Source of the DNA: Fistulifera solaris
Taxonomy: Eukaryota
Assembly: GCA_030295235.1 (NCBI GenBank)
Contig: AP026146.1
Span: 372,001 to 436,000 of the forward strand
Direction: 5' to 3'
DNA length: 64,000 nucleotides
This document shows positions 62,835 to 64,000 of the stretch, piece by piece. Within the stretch, counting starts at the first letter, position 1. Every line of letters begins with the position of its first letter. The notes below the pieces were generated by a model that saw only the letters and a program-made list of their open reading frames with translations, was not told where the DNA came from and searched no databases. Position numbers and translations under genes: made by a program.

Positions 62835-63139
62835 CTATGATTCTTGTTGCTCTTCCTCCAAACGCTTTTCTTCTAATATCTTGTCGATATCTTTGGTCGG
62901 AGGGGGCGGGCCGCAGGGTTGCACCATTTTTTCCAGAATTCCAACCGCGTACGTCCAATACTTTCATTTTGAGCTACTGCATAATATGAAAGCTGATCGT
63001 AATGTCCCAAAAAGCTAGCGTACGTATCACGGTGTTGATTCGTTAACCATTCGTACTTGCTCAGGTCGGCGTGTCCGGTACCGACATAGCGCGCTTTGAG
63101 TTGCTCGGCCGAGAGATTGCCGCCGCCCGGAGTGCTCAT
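62835..63139 (-). CDS. SF3B5: Splicing factor 3B subunit 5 (SF3b10)
   Basis: 'EQLKARYVGTGHADLSKYEWLTNQHRDTYAS...AVAQNESIGR'. One-base fix at ~62938 gives 'LEKMVQPCGPPPP'. Confidence 0.92.
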
Positions 63140-63602
63140 GCTGTTGTTGTGTTTCAAATTATGCTGCTATTGACAGAGATCCGTCGGTTGCAATGGCGAA
63201 AGAGAGAATAATGTAAAGTGATAGCAATAGCTCAACGACAAATAATAATGAATGCTACGTATTTGTAACGAAGGAAACAAAGTGCATGAGCTCGTGGGAC
63301 GACGACGAACAGACGCACTTGACATTTTTTTGGCACTACTTGGTACAGGCTTTTTTAAAGGTTAAAGGTTATGCAGAGAAGCATCGCTAACCTTATACGG
63401 GTAAACCTCATTATGAACGGCGCAACAAGATTATTATTTTAAAGCACCTCTCAAAAACGAAACATCGGCTGCGCAACAAAACCATTCTTATTCTTGTGAA
63501 AGTGTTATCAACAACAATCTTTTCGTTGTTTATTCTTTTTCTCAAATATTTTCCGACAGTTTTCCGTGCATCCCAGCCAACAGCAACAATAAATCGAACC
63601 AT

Positions 63603-64000
63603 ATGTCCTACTTGTTGCCGCACTTGCATTCCGGATGGGAAGTAGATCAGGCCATTGTCACGGAAGAAGACCGCGTCGTGGTAATTCGATTTGGTCGTGA
63701 CGACGATGCAACCTGCATGATTCAAGATGAAGTACTCGCCAACATTGCCGAGAAAGTTCGCAACTTTGCGGTCATTTACTTGGTCGATATTGAAGAAGTT
63801 CCCGACTTTAATAACATGTACGAGCTTTATGATGATTGCACGACCATGTTCTTCTTTCGTAACAAACACATCATGGTAGATTGTGGCACAGGAGATAACA
63901 ATAAGATTAATTGGGCCTTGACAGATAAGCAAGAGCTCATCGATATCATCGAGCTCGTGTACAGAGGCGCACGGAAGGGACGAGGTCTGGTGGTATCACC
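63603..64000 (+). CDS. TXNL4A: U5 snRNP Dim1/TXNL4A thioredoxin-like protein, truncated by window end
   Basis: Manual translation: MSYLLPHLHSGWEVDQAIVTEEDRVVVIRFG...VPDFNNMYELYD..MFFFRNKHIMVDCGTGDNNKINW...VYRGARKGRGLVVS. Absent from the ORF track because there is no stop. Confidence 0.95.
   Translation, partial: MSYLLPHLHSGWEVDQAIVTEEDRVVVIRFGRDDDATCMIQDEVLANIAEKVRNFAVIYLVDIEEVPDFNNMYELYDDCTTMFFFRNKHIMVDCGTGDNNKINWALTDKQELIDIIELVYRGARKGRGLVVS

Noticed and set aside
63411..63932. 173-aa minus-strand ORF
   Set aside because: Antisense shadow of the clearly recognisable DIM1/TXNL4A gene on the + strand.

Overview
Gene-dense eukaryotic nuclear DNA, very probably from a diatom. The evidence is short GT-AG introns, a DUF6824 protein, an HSF, YRDLKP-type kinase, signal peptide + F-motif plastid presequences and a silaffin-like protein. 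About 31 protein-coding genes are recognisable. They include a GPx-like protein (partial), HSF, TKL-type kinase, GlnRS with a C-terminal EMAPII-type tRNA-binding domain, TVP38/DedA, MYND protein, TPT-family transporter, RGG protein and two TBL/PC-esterase paralogues. Also present are an SBP-like Cys zinc-finger protein, BRE1, a rubredoxin-tail plastid protein, COPI-associated protein, SUMO-like+BTB protein, ArfGAP, DUF6824, MAPKKK, ABC1 kinase, MAPEG, GH1 beta-glucosidase, NadB, LMBR1-like, silaffin-like protein, CTP synthase, RPL35A, RPS15A, SF3B5 and DIM1 (partial). More than 25 single-base frame breaks, nearly all in homopolymer runs and in both directions, are best explained by an unpolished long-read assembly, so many CDS coordinates are reconstructed across them. 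Top candidate for new biology: a helix in the predicted 5'-UTR intron of RPS15A (uS8) that reproduces the bulged-AA core of the uS8-binding helix of 18S rRNA, suggesting rRNA-mimic autoregulation; the second RPS15A intron is also long and structured. Other candidates are the all-Cys SBP-like factor together with over-represented intergenic GTAC/TACCWGGTA motifs, a bacterial-like GH1 preceded by about 161 perfect AAC repeats, the GlnRS-EMAPII fusion and the silaffin-like protein. No tRNA, rRNA, CRISPR or transposase was recognised.
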